In this document: positions 23,801 through 38,499 of the stretch, piece by piece
Layout of the letters: each line of letters begins with the position of its first letter
Numbering within the stretch: position 1 is the first letter of the stretch
From: Auanema rhodensis
Taxonomy: Eukaryota > Animalia > Nematoda
Reading direction: 5' to 3'
NCBI GenBank assembly: GCA_964057225.1
Contig: OZ059896.1
Location: 20,336,001-20,400,000, forward strand
DNA length: 64,000 nucleotides
Program-made: the position numbers and the translations under genes
Notes under the pieces: generated by a model
The model's input: the letters and a program-made list of their open reading frames with translations, nothing else
The model's database searches: none
What the model was told of the DNA's origin: nothing

Positions 23801-26800
23801 CATTTTGACAAAAATTTTTTCGAAAAATTTCGAAATAATTTAGCAAAAAGTAGATGTTTTTAGATTCCTTTATTCAAGGCAAAGACGATGGACAATGTTA
23901 TTCAACGAAAAAATTAATTCTTTAGGGTGAAAATCGAGGATATAAGTGTAAACTTATATCAGTTGATATCTTGGTGCATTTTTAAGCTAGCGCAAATCTG
24001 ATAACACAGATCGACGCAGCTTAAAAATCCGCATCGAATGCACTATACTACATTGAGAAACGCTTAATACAAAAATTAGTTATGATCGTTTGAAAAATGA
24101 TGCATTAGTGTATGTTGAGTTTCCATGTACACTCAACATTGCTTCCAAAAACATTTTGACAAAAATTTTTTCGAAAAATTTCAAAATAATTTAGCAAAAA
24201 GTAGATGTTTTTAGATTCCTTTTTTCAAGGCAAAGACGATGGACAATGTTATTCAACGAAAAAATTATTCCTTCAGGGTGAAAATCGAGGATATAAGTGT
24301 GAACTTATATCAGTTGATATCTCGGTGCATTTTTAAGCTAGCGCAAATCTGATAACAGAGATCGACGCAGCTTAAAAATCCGCATCGAATGCACTATACT
24401 ACATTGAGAAACGCTTAATACAAAAATTAGTTATGATCGTTTGAAAAATGATGCATTAGTGTATGTTGAGTTTCCATGTACACTCAACATTGCTTCCAAA
24501 AACATTTTGACAAAAATTTTTTCGAAAAATTTCAAAATAATTTAGCAAAAAGTAGATGTTTTTAGATTCCATTTTTCAAGGCAAAGACGATGGACAATGT
24601 TATTCAACGGAAAAATTATTTCTTCAGGGTGAAAATCGAGGATATAAGTGTGAACTTATATCAGTTGATATCTCGGTGCATTTTTAAGCTAGCGCAAATC
24701 TGATAACGCAGATCGACGCAGCTTAAAAATCCGCATTGAATGCACTATACTACATTGAGAAACGCTTAATACAAAAATTAGTTATGATCGTTTGAAAAAT
24801 GATGCATTAGTGTATGTTGAGTTTCCATGTACACTCAACATTGCTTCCAAAAATTTTTTCGAAAAATTTCAAAATAATTTAGCAAAAAGTAGATGTTTTT
24901 AGATTCCATTTTTCAAAGCAAAGACGATGGACAGTGTTATTCAACGAAAAAATTAATTCTTTAGGGTGAAAATCGAGGATATAAGTGTGAACTTATATCA
25001 GTTGATATCTTGGTGCATTTTTAAGCTAGCGCAAATCTGATAACACAGATCGACGCAGCTTAAAAATCCGCATCGAATGCACTATACTACATTGAAAAAC
25101 GCTTAATACAAAAATTAGTTATGATCGTTTGAAAAATGATGCATTAGTGTATGTTGAGTTTCCATGTACACTCAACATTGCTTCCAAAAACATTTTGACA
25201 AAAATTTTTTCGAAAAATTTCAAAATAATTTAGCAAAAAGTAGATGTTTTTAGATTCCTTTTTTCAAGGCAAAGACGATGGACAATGTTATTCAACGAAA
25301 AAATTATTCCTTCAGGGTGAAAATCGAGGATATAAGTGTGAACTTATATCAGTTGATATCTCGGTGCATTTTTAAGCTAGCGCAAATCTGATAACAGAGA
25401 TCGACGCAGCTTAAAAATCCGCATCGAATGCACTATACTACATTGAGAAACGCTTAATACAAAAATTAGTTATGATCGTTTGAAAAATGATGCATTAGTG
25501 TATGTTGAGTTTCCATGTACACTCAACATTGCTTCCAAAAACATTTTGACAAAAATTTTTTCGAAAAATTTCGAAATAATTTAGCAAAAAGTAGATGTTT
25601 TTAGATTCCTTTATTCAAGGCAAAGACGATGGACAATGTTATTCAACGAAAAAATTAATTCTTTAGGGTGAAAATCGAGGATATAAGTGTGAACTTATAT
25701 CAGTTGATATCTTGGTGCATTTTTAAGCTAGCGCAAATCTGATAACACAGATCGACGCAGCTTAAAAATCCGCATCGAATGCACTATACTACATTGAGAA
25801 ACGCTTAATACAAAAATTAGTTATGATCGTTTGAAAAATGATGCATTAGTGTATGTTGAGTTTCCATGTACACTCAACATTGCTTCCAAAAACATTTTGA
25901 CAAAAATTTTTTCGAAAAATTTCGAAATAATTTAGCAAAAAGTAGATGTTTTTAAATTCCTTTATTCAAGGCAAAGACGATGGACAATGTTATTCAACGA
26001 AAAAATTAATTCTTTAGGGTGAAAATCGAGGATATAAGTGTGAACTTATATCAGTTGATATCTTGGTGCATTTTTAAGCTAGCGCAAATCTGATAACACA
26101 GATCGACGCAGCTTAAAAATCCGCATCGAATGCACTATACTACATTGAAAAACGCTTAATACAAAAATTAGTTATGATCGTTTGAAAAATGATGCATTAG
26201 TGTATGTTGAGTTTCCATGTACACTCAACATTGCTTCCAAAAACATTTTGACAAAAATTTTTTCGAAAAATTTCAAAATAATTTAGCAAAAAGTAGATGT
26301 TTTTAGATTCCATTTTTCAAGGCAAAGACGATGGACAGTGTTATTCAACGAAAAAATTAATTCTTCAGGGTGAAAATCGAGGATATAAGTGTGAACTTAT
26401 ATCAGTTGATATCTCGGTGCATTTTTAAGCTAGCGCAAATCTGATAACACAGATCGACGCAGCTTAAAAATCCGCATTGAATGCACTATACTACATTGAG
26501 AAACGCTTAATACAAAAATTAGTTATGATCGTTTGAAAAATGATGCATTAGTGTATGTTGAGTTTCCATGTACACTCAACATTGCTTCCAAAAACATTTT
26601 GACAAAAATTTTTTCGAAAAATTTCAAAATAATTTAGCAAAAAGTAGATGTTTTTAGATTCCTTTTTTCAAGGCAAAGACGATGGACAATGTTATTCAAC
26701 GAAAAAATTATTCCTTCAGGGTGAAAATCGAGGATATAAGTGTGAACTTATATCAGTTGATATCTCGGTGCATTTTTAAGCTAGCGCAAATCTGATAACA

Positions 26801-29800
26801 GAGATCGACGCAGCTTAAAAATCCGCATCGAATGCACTATACTACATTGAGAAACGCTTAATACAAAAATTAGTTATGATCGTTTGAAAAATGATGCATT
26901 AGTGTATGTTGAGTTTCCATGTACACTCAACATTGCTTCCAAAAACATTTTGACAAAAATTTTTTCGAAAAATTTCAAGATAATTTAGCAAAAAGTAGAT
27001 GTTTTTAGATTCCATTTTTCAAGGCAAAGACGATGGACAATGTTATTCAACGGAAAAATTATTTCTTCAGGGTGAAAATCGAGGATATAAGTGTGAACTT
27101 ATATCAGTTGATATCTCGGTGCATTTTTAAGCTAGCGCAAATCTGATAACACAGATCGACGCAGCTTAAAAATCCGCATCGAATGCACTATACTACATTG
27201 AGAAACGCTTAATACAAAAATTAGTTATGATCGTTTGAAAAATGATGCATTAGTGTATGTTGAGTTTCCATGTACACTCAACATTGCTTCCAAAAATTTT
27301 TTCGAAAAATTTCAAAATAATTTAGCAAAAAGTAGATGTTTTTAGATTCCATTTTTCAAAGCAAAGACGATGGACAGTGTTATTCAACGAAAAAATTAAT
27401 TCTTCAGGGTGAAAATCGAGGATATAAGTGTGAACTTATATCAGTTGATATCTCGGTGCATTTTTAAGCTAGCGCAAATCTGATAACGCAGATCGACGCA
27501 GCTTAAAAATCCGCATTGAATGCACTATACTACATTGAGAAACGCTTAATACAAAAATTAGTTATGATCGTTTGAAAAATGATGCATTAGTGTATGTTGA
27601 GTTTCCATGTACACTCAACATTGCTTCCAAAAACATTTTGACAAAAATTTTTTCGAAAAATTTCGAAATAATTTAGCAAAAAGTAGATGTTTTTAAATTC
27701 CTTTATTCAAGGCAAAGACGATGGACAATGTTATTCAACGAAAAAATTAATTCTTTAGGGTGAAAATCGAGGATATAAGTGTGAACTTATATCAGTTGAT
27801 ATCTTGGTGCATTTTTAAGCTAGCGCAAATCTGATAACACAGATCGACGCAGCTTAAAAATCCGCATCGAATGCACTATACTACATTGAAAAACGCTTAA
27901 TACAAAAATTAGTTATGATCGTTTGAAAAATGATGCATTAGTGTATGTTGAGTTTCCATGTACACTCAACATTGCTTCCAAAAACATTTTGACAAAAATT
28001 TTTTCGAAAAATTTCGAAATAATTTAGCAAAAAGTAGATGTTTTTAGATTCCAGTTTTCAAGGCAAAGACGATGGACAATGTTATTCAACGAAAAAATTA
28101 ATTCTTTAGGGTGAAAATCGAGGATATAAGTGTGAACTTATATCAGTTGATATCTTGGTGCATTTTTAAGCTAGCGCAAATCTGATAACACAGATCGACG
28201 CAGCTTAAAAATCCGCATCGAATGCACTATACTACATTGAAAAACGCTTAATACAAAAATTAGTTATGATCGTTTGAAAAATGATGCATTAGTGTATGTT
28301 GAGTTTCCATGTACACTCAACATTGCTTCCAAAAACATTTTGACAAAAATTTTTTCGAAAAATTTCAAAATAATTTAGCAAAAAGTAGATGTTTTTAGAT
28401 TCCATTTTTCAAGGCAAAGACGATGGACAGTGTTATTCAACGAAAAAATTAATTCTTCAGGGTGAAAATCGAGGATATAAGTGTGAACTTATATCAGTTG
28501 ATATCTTGGTGCATTTTTAAGCTAGCGCAAATCTGATAACACAGATCGACGCAGCTTAAAAATCCGCATCGAATGCACTATACTACATTGAAAAACGCTT
28601 AATACAAAAATTAGTTATGATCGTTTGAAAAATGATGCATTAGTGTATGTTGAGTTTCCATGTACACTCAACATTGCTTCCAAAAACATTTTGACAAAAA
28701 TTTTTTCGAAAAATTTCAAAATAATTTAGCAAAAAGTAGATGTTTTTAGATTCCATTTTTCAAGGCAAAGACGATGGACAGTGTTATTCAACGAAAAAAT
28801 TAATTCTTCAGGGTGAAAATCGAGGATATAAGTGTGAACTTATATCAGTTGATATCTCGGTGCATTTTTAAGCTAGCGCAAATCTGATAACACAGATCGA
28901 CGCAGCTTAAAAATCCGCATTGAATGCACTATACTACATTGAGAAACGCTTAATACAAAAATTAGTTATGATCGTTTGAAAAATGATGCATTAGTGTATG
29001 TTGAGTTTCCATGTACACTCAACATTGCTTCCAAAGACATTTTGACAAAAATTTTTTCGAAAAATTTCGAAATAATTTAGCAAAAAGTAGATGTTTTTAG
29101 ATTCCTTTATTCAAGGCAAAGACGATGGACAATGTTATTCAACGAAAAAATTAATTCTTTAGGGTGAAAATCGAGGATATAAGTGTGAACTTATATCAGT
29201 TGATATCTTGGTGCATTTTTAAGCTAGCGCAAATCTGATAACACAGATCGACGCAGCTTAAAAATCCGCATCGAATGCACTATACTACATTGAGAAACGC
29301 TTAATACAAAAATTAGTTATGATCGTTTGAAAAATGATGCATTAGTGTATGTTGAGTTTCCATGTACACTCAACATTGCTTCCAAAAACATTTTGACAAA
29401 AATTTTTTCGAAAAATTTCAAAATAATTTAGCAAAAAGTAGATGTTTTTAGATTCCTTTTTTCAAGGCAAAGACGATGGACAATGTTATTCAACGAAAAA
29501 ATTATTCCTTCAGGGTGAAAATCGAGGATATAAGTGTGAACTTATATCAGTTGATATCTCGGTGCATTTTTAAGCTAGCGCAAATCTGATAACAGAGATC
29601 GACGCAGCTTAAAAATCCGCATCGAATGCACTATACTACATTGAGAAACGCTTAATACAAAAATTAGTTATGATCGTTTGAAAAATGATGCATTAGTGTA
29701 TGTTGAGTTTCCATGTACACTCAACATTGCTTCCAAAAACATTTTGACAAAAATTTTTTCGAAAAATTTCAAAATAATTTAGCAAAAAGTAGATGTTTTT

Positions 29801-31799
29801 AGATTCCATTTTTCAAGGCAAAGACGATGGACAATGTTATTCAACGGAAAAATTATTTCTTCAGGGTGAAAATCGAGGATATAAGTGTGAACTTATATCA
29901 GTTGATATCTCGGTGCATTTTTAAGCTAGCGCAAATCTGATAACGCAGATCGACGCAGCTTAAAAATCCGCATTGAATGCACTATACTACATTGAGAAAC
30001 GCTTAATACAAAAATTAGTTATGATCGTTTGAAAAATGATGCATTAGTGTATGTTGAGTTTCCATGTACACTCAACATTGCTTCCAAAAACATTTTGACA
30101 AAAATTTTTTCGAAAAATTTCGAAATAATTTAGCAAAAAGTAGATGTTTTTAAATTCCTTTATTCAAGGCAAAGACGATGGACAATGTTATTCAACGAAA
30201 AAATTAATTCTTTAGGGTGAAAATCGAGGATATAAGTGTGAACTTATATCAGTTGATATCTTGGTGCATTTTTAAGCTAGCGCAAATCTGATAACACAGA
30301 TCGACGCAGCTTAAAAATCCGCATCGAATGCACTATACTACATTGAAAAACGCTTAATACAAAAATTAGTTATGATCGTTTGAAAAATGATGCATTAGTG
30401 TATGTTGAGTTTCCATGTACACTCAACATTGCTTCCAAAAACATTTTGACAAAAATTTTTTCGAAAAATTTCAAAATAATTTAGCAAAAAGTAGATGTTT
30501 TTAGATTCCATTTTTCAAGGCAAAGACGATGGACAATGTTATTCAACGGAAAAATTATTTCTTCAGGGTGAAAATCGAGGATATAAGTGTGAACTTATAT
30601 CAGTTGATATCTCGGTGCATTTTTAAGCTAGCGCAAATCTGATAACACAGATCGACGCAGCTTAAAAATCCGCATCGAATGCACTATACTACATTGAGAA
30701 ACGCTTAATACAAAAATTAGTTATGATCGTTTGAAAAATGATGCATTAGTGTATGTTGAGTTTCCATGTACACTCAACATTGCTTCCAAAAATTTTTTCG
30801 AAAAATTTCAAAATAATTTAGCAAAAAGTAGATGTTTTTAGATTCCATTTTTCAAAGCAAAGACGATGGACAGTGTTATTCAACGAAAAAATTAATTCTT
30901 CAGGGTGAAAATCGAGGATATAAGTGTGAACTTATATCAGTTGATATCTCGGTGCATTTTTAAGCTAGCGCAAATCTGATAACGCAGATCGACGCAGCTT
31001 AAAAATCCGCATTGAATGCACTATACTACATTGAGAAACGCTTAATACAAAAATTAGTTATGATCGTTTGAAAAATGATGCATTAGTGTATGTTGAGTTT
31101 CCATGTACACTCAACATTGCTTCCAAAAACATTTTGACAAAAATTTTTTCGAAAAATTTCGAAATAATTTAGCAAAAAGTAGATGTTTTTAAATTCCTTT
31201 ATTCAAGGCAAAGACGATGGACAATGTTATTCAACGAAAAAATTAATTCTTTAGGGTGAAAATCGAGGATATAAGTGTGAACTTATATCAGTTGATATCT
31301 TGGTGCATTTTTAAGCTAGCGCAAATCTGATAACACAGATCGACGCAGCTTAAAAATCCGCATCGAATGCACTATACTACATTGAAAAACGCTTAATACA
31401 AAAATTAGTTATGATCGTTTGAAAAATGATGCATTAGTGTATGTTGAGTTTCCATGTACACTCAACATTGCTTCCAAAAACATTTTGACAAAAATTTTTT
31501 CGAAAAATTTCAAAATAATTTAGCAAAAAGTAGATGTTTTTAGATTCCATTTTTCAAGGCAAAGACGATGGACAATGTTATTCAACGGAAAAATTATTTC
31601 TTCAGGGTGAAAATCGAGGATATAAGTGTGAACTTATATCAGTTGATATCTCGGTGCATTTTTAAGCTAGCGCAAATCTGATAACACAGATCGACGCAGC
31701 TTAAAAATCCGCATCGAATGCACTATACTACATTGAGAAACGCTTAATACAAAAATTAGTTATGATCGTTTGAAAAATGATGCATTAGTGTATGTTGAG

Positions 31800-34700
31800 T
31801 TTCCATGTACACTCAACATTGCTTCCAAAAATTTTTTCGAAAAATTTCAAAATAATTTAGCAAAAAGTAGATGTTTTTAGATTCCATTTTTCAAAGCAAA
31901 GACGATGGACAGTGTTATTCAACGAAAAAATTAATTCTTCAGGGTGAAAATCGAGGATATAAGTGTGAACTTATATCAGTTGATATCTCGGTGCATTTTT
32001 AAGCTAGCGCAAATCTGATAACGCAGATCGACGCAGCTTAAAAATCCGCATTGAATGCACTATACTACATTGAGAAACGCTTAATACAAAAATTAGTTAT
32101 GATCGTTTGAAAAATGATGCATTAGTGTATGTTGAGTTTCCATGTACACTCAACATTGCTTCCAAAAACATTTTGACAAAAATTTTTTCGAAAAATTTCG
32201 AAATAATTTAGCAAAAAGTAGATGTTTTTAAATTCCTTTATTCAAGGCAAAGACGATGGACAATGTTATTCAACGAAAAAATTAATTCTTTAGGGTGAAA
32301 ATCGAGGATATAAGTGTGAACTTATATCAGTTGATATCTTGGTGCATTTTTAAGCTAGCGCAAATCTGATAACACAGATCGACGCAGCTTAAAAATCCGC
32401 ATCGAATGCACTATACTACATTGAAAAACGCTTAATACAAAAATTAGTTATGATCGTTTGAAAAATGATGCATTAGTGTATGTTGAGTTTCCATGTACAC
32501 TCAACATTGCTTCCAAAAACATTTTGACAAAAATTTTTTCGAAAAATTTCGAAATAATTTAGCAAAAAGTAGATGTTTTTAGATTCCAGTTTTCAAGGCA
32601 AAGACGATGGACAATGTTATTCAACGAAAAAATTAATTCTTTAGGGTGAAAATCGAGGATATAAGTGTGAACTTATATCAGTTGATATCTTGGTGCATTT
32701 TTAAGCTAGCGCAAATCTGATAACACAGATCGACGCAGCTTAAAAATCCGCATCGAATGCACTATACTACATTGAAAAACGCTTAATACAAAAATTAGTT
32801 ATGATCGTTTGAAAAATGATGCATTAGTGTATGTTGAGTTTCCATGTACACTCAACATTGCTTCCAAAAACATTTTGACAAAAATTTTTTCGAAAAATTT
32901 CAAAATAATTTAGCAAAAAGTAGATGTTTTTAGATTCCATTTTTCAAGGCAAAGACGATGGACAGTGTTATTCAACGAAAAAATTAATTCTTCAGGGTGA
33001 AAATCGAGGATATAAGTGTGAACTTATATCAGTTGATATCTCGGTGCATTTTTAAGCTAGCGCAAATCTGATAACACAGATCGACGCAGCTTAAAAATCC
33101 GAATTGAATGCACTATATTACATTGAGAAACGCTTAATACAAAAATTAGTTATGATCGTTTGAAAAATGATGCATTAGTGTATGTTGAGTTTCCATGTAC
33201 ACTCAACATTGCTTCCAAAAACATTTTGACAAAAATTTTTTCGAAAAATTTCGAAATAATTTAGCAAAAAGTAGATGTTTTTAGATTCCTTTATTCAAGG
33301 CAAAGACGATGGACAATGTTATTCAACGAAAAAATTAATTCTTTAGGGTGAAAATCGAGGATATAAGTGTGAACTTATATCATTTGATATCTTGGTGCAT
33401 TTTTAAGCTAGCGCAAATCTGATAACACAGATCGACGCAGCTTAAAAATCCGCATCGAATGCACTATACTACATTGAAAAACGCTTAATACAAAAATTAG
33501 TTATGATCGTTTGAAAAATGATGCATTAGTGTATGTTGAGTTTCCATGTACACTCAACATTGCTTCCAAAAACATTTTGACAAAAATTTTTTCGAAAAAT
33601 TTCAAAATAATTTAGCAAAAAGTAGATGTTTTTAGATTCCTTTATTCAAGGCAAAGACGATGGACAATGTTATTCAACGAAAAAATTAATTCTTCAGGGT
33701 GAAAATCGAGGATATAAGTGTGAACTTATATCAGTTGATATCTCGGTGCATTTTTAAGCTAGCGCAAATCTGATAACACAGATCGACGCAGCTTAAAAAT
33801 CCGCATCGAATGCACTATACTACATTGAGAAACGCTTGATACAAAAATTAGTTATGATCGTTTGAAAAATGATGCATTAGTGTATGTTGAGTTTCCATGT
33901 ACACTCAACATTGCTTCCAAAAACATTTTGACAAAAATTTTTTCGAAAAATTTCAAAATAATTTAGCAAAAAGTAGATGTTTTTAGATTCCTTTTTTCAA
34001 GGCAAAGACGATGGACAATGTTATTCAACGAAAAAATTATTCCTTCAGGGTGAAAATCGAGGATATAAGTGTGAACTTATATCAGTTGATATCTCGGTGC
34101 ATTTTTAAGCTAGCGCAAATCTGATAACAGAGATCGACGCAGCTTAAAAATCCGCATCGAATGCACTATACTACATTGAGAAACGCTTAATACAAAAATT
34201 AGTTATGATCGTTTGAAAAATGATGCATTAGTGTATGTTGAGTTTCCATGTACACTCAACATTGCTTCCAAAAATATTTTCGAAAAATTTCAAAATAATT
34301 TAGCAAAAAGTAGATGTTTTTAGATTCCATTTTTCAAAGCAAAGACGATGGACAGTGTTATTCAACGAAAAAATTAATTCTTCAGGGTGAAAATCGAGGA
34401 TATAAGTGTGAACTTATATCAGTTGATATCTCGGTGCATTTTTAAGCTAGCGCAAATCTGATAACGCAGATCGACGCAGCTTAAAAATCCGCATTGAATG
34501 CACTATACTACATTGAGAAACGCTTAATACAAAAATTAGTTATGATCGTTTGAAAAATGATGCATTAGTGTATGTTGAGTTTCCATGTACACTCAACATT
34601 GCTTCCAAAAACATTTTGACAAAAATTTTTTCGAAAAATTTCGAAATAATTTAGCAAAAATTAGATGTTTTTAAATTCCTTCATTCAAGGCAAAGACGAT

Positions 34701-37700
34701 GGACAATGTTATTCAACGAAAAAATTAATTCTTTAGGGTGAAAATCGAGGATATAAGTGTGAACTTATATCAGTTGATATCTTGGTGCATTTTTAAGCTA
34801 GCGCAAATCTGATAACACAGATCGACGCAGCTTAAAAATCCGCATCGAATGCACTATACTACATTGAAAAACGCTTAATACAAAAATTAGTTATGATCGT
34901 TTGAAAAATGATGCATTAGTGTATGTTGAGTTTCCATGTACACTCAACATTGCTTCCAAAAACATTTTGACAAAAATTTTTTCGAAAAATTTCAAAATAA
35001 TTTAGCAAAAAGTAGATGTTTTTAGATTCCTTTTTTCAAGGCAAAGACGATGGACAATGTTATTCAACGAAAAAATTATTCCTTCAGGGTGAAAATCGAG
35101 GATATAAGTGTGAACTTATATCAGTTGATATCTCGGTGCATTTTTAAGCTAGCGCAAATCTGATAACAGAGATCGACGCAGCTTAAAAATCCGCATCGAA
35201 TGCACTATACTACATTGAGAAACGCTTAATACAAAAATTAGTTATGATCGTTTGAAAAATGATGCATTAGTGTATGTTGAGTTTCCATGTACACTCAACA
35301 TTGCTTCCAAAAATTTTTTCGAAAAATTTCAAAATAATTTAGCAAAAAGTAGATGTTTTTAGATTCCATTTTTCAAAGCAAAGACGATGGACAGTGTTAT
35401 TCAACGAAAAAATTAATTCTTCAGGGTGAAAATCGAGGATATAAGTGTGAACTTATATCAGTTGATATCTCGGTGCATTTTTAAGCTAGCGCAAATCTGA
35501 TAACGCAGATCGACGCAGCTTAAAAATCCGCATTGAATGCACTATACTACATTGAGAAACGCTTAATACAAAAATTAGTTATGATCGTTTGAAAAATGAT
35601 GCATTAGTGTATGTTGAGTTTCCATGTACACTCAACATTGCTTCCAAAAACATTTTGACAAAAATTTTTTCGAAAAATTTCGAAATAATTTAGCAAAAAG
35701 TAGATGTTTTTAAATTCCTTTATTCAAGGCAAAGACGATGGACAATGTTATTCAACGAAAAAATTAATTCTTTAGGGTGAAAATCGAGGATATAAGTGTG
35801 AACTTATATCAGTTGATATCTTGGTGCATTTTTAAGCTAGCGCAAATCTGATAACACAGATCGACGCAGCTTAAAAATCCGCATCGAATGCACTATACTA
35901 CATTGAAAAACGCTTAATACAAAAATTAGTTATGATCGTTTGAAAAATGATGCATTAGTGTATGTTGAGTTTCCATGTACACTCAACATTGCTTCCAAAA
36001 ACATTTTGACAAAAATTTTTTCGAAAAATTTCGAAATAATTTAGCAAAAAGTAGATGTTTTTAGATTCCAGTTTTCAAGGCAAAGACGATGGACAATGTT
36101 ATTCAACGAAAAAATTAATTCTTTAGGGTGAAAATCGAGGATATAAGTGTGAACTTATATCAGTTGATATCTTGGTGCATTTTTAAGCTAGCGCAAATCT
36201 GATAACACAGATCGACGCAGCTTAAAAATCCGCATCGAATGCACTATACTACATTGAAAAACGCTTAATACAAAAATTAGTTATGATCGTTTGAAAAATG
36301 ATGCATTAGTGTATGTTGAGTTTCCATGTACACTCAACATTGCTTCCAAAAACATTTTGACAAAAATTTTTTCGAAAAATTTCAAAATAATTTAGCAAAA
36401 AGTAGATGTTTTTAGATTCCATTTTTCAAGGCAAAGACGATGGACAGTGTTATTCAACGAAAAAATTAATTCTTCAGGGTGAAAATCGAGGATATAAGTG
36501 TGAACTTATATCAGTTGATATCTCGGTGCATTTTTAAGCTAGCGCAAATCTGATAACACAGATCGACGCAGCTTAAAAATCCGAATTGAATGCACTATAT
36601 TACATTGAGAAACGCTTAATACAAAAATTAGTTATGATCGTTTGAAAAATGATGCATTAGTGTATGTTGAGTTTCCATGTACACTCAACATTGCTTCCAA
36701 AAACATTTTGACAAAAATTTTTTCGAAAAATTTCGAAATAATTTAGCAAAAAGTAGATGTTTTTAGATTCCTTTATTCAAGGCAAAGACGATGGACAATG
36801 TTATTCAACGAAAAAATTAATTCTTTAGGGTGAAAATCGAGGATATAAGTGTGAACTTATATCAGTTGATATCTTGGTGCATTTTTAAGCTAGCGCAAAT
36901 CTGATAACACAGATCGACGCAGCTTAAAAATCCGCATCGAATGCACTATACTACATTGAAAAACGCTTAATACAAAAATTAGTTATGATCGTTTGAAAAA
37001 TGATGCATTAGTGTATGTTGAGTTTCCATGTACACTCAACATTGCTTCCAAAAACATTTTGACAAAAATTTTTTCGAAAAATTTCAAAATAATTTAGCAA
37101 AAAGTAGATGTTTTTAGATTCCTTTATTCAAGGCAAAGACGATGGACAATGTTATTCAACGAAAAAATTAATTCTTCAGGGTGAAAATCGAGGATATAAG
37201 TGTGAACTTATATCAGTTGATATCTCGGTGCATTTTTAAGCTAGCGCAAATCTGATAACACAGATCGACGCAGCTTAAAAATCCGCATCGAATGCACTAT
37301 ACTACATTGAGAAACGCTTGATACAAAAATTAGTTATGATCGTTTGAAAAATGATGCATTAGTGTATGTTGAGTTTCCATGTACACTCAACATTGCTTCC
37401 AAAAACATTTTGACAAAAATTTTTTCGAAAAATTTCAAAATAATTTAGCAAAAAGTAGATGTTTTTAGATTCCTTTTTTCAAGGCAAAGACGATGGACAA
37501 TGTTATTCAACGAAAAAATTATTCCTTCAGGGTGAAAATCGAGGATATAAGTGTGAACTTATATCAGTTGATATCTCGGTGCATTTTTAAGCTAGCGCAA
37601 ATCTGATAACAGAGATCGACGCAGCTTAAAAATCCGCATCGAATGCACTATACTACATTGAGAAACGCTTAATACAAAAATTAGTTATGATCGTTTGAAA

Positions 37701-38450
37701 AATGATGCATTAGTGTATGTTGAGTTTCCATGTACACTCAACATTGCTTCCAAAAATATTTTCGAAAAATTTCAAAATAATTTAGCAAAAAGTAGATGTT
37801 TTTAGATTCCATTTTTCAAAGCAAAGACGATGGACAGTGTTATTCAACGAAAAAATTAATTCTTCAGGGTGAAAATCGAGGATATAAGTGTGAACTTATA
37901 TCAGTTGATATCTCGGTGCATTTTTAAGCTAGCGCAAATCTGATAACGCAGATCGACGCAGCTTAAAAATCCGCATTGAATGCACTATACTACATTGAGA
38001 AACGCTTAATACAAAAATTAGTTATGATCGTTTGAAAAATGATGCATTAGTGTATGTTGAGTTTCCATGTACACTCAACATTGCTTCCAAAAACATTTTG
38101 ACAAAAATTTTTTCGAAAAATTTCGAAATAATTTAGCAAAAATTAGATGTTTTTAAATTCCTTCATTCAAGGCAAAGACGATGGACAATGTTATTCAACG
38201 AAAAAATTAATTCTTTAGGGTGAAAATCGAGGATATAAGTGTGAACTTATATCAGTTGATATCTTGGTGCATTTTTAAGCTAGCGCAAATCTGATAACAC
38301 AGATCGACGCAGCTTAAAAATCCGCATCGAATGCACTATACTACATTGAAAAACGCTTAATACAAAAATTAGTTATGATCGTTTGAAAAATGATGCATTA
38401 GTGTATGTTGAGTTTCCATGTACACTCAACATTGCTTCCAAAAACATTTT
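31800..38450 (-). repeat. Tandem duplication with 3482-bp period (10-mer: 2x337+8x351); boundaries approximate
   Basis: Rare variants recur 3482 bp apart: ccgAattg at 33102/36584, aaTtagatg...ccttCattc at about 34661-34682/38143-38164, aaaatAtttt deletion monomers near 34270/37750, and deletion monomers near 31830/35310. Confidence 0.85.
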
Positions 38451-38499
38451 GACAAAAATTTTTTCGAAAAATTTCGAAATAATTTAGCAAAAAGTAGAT

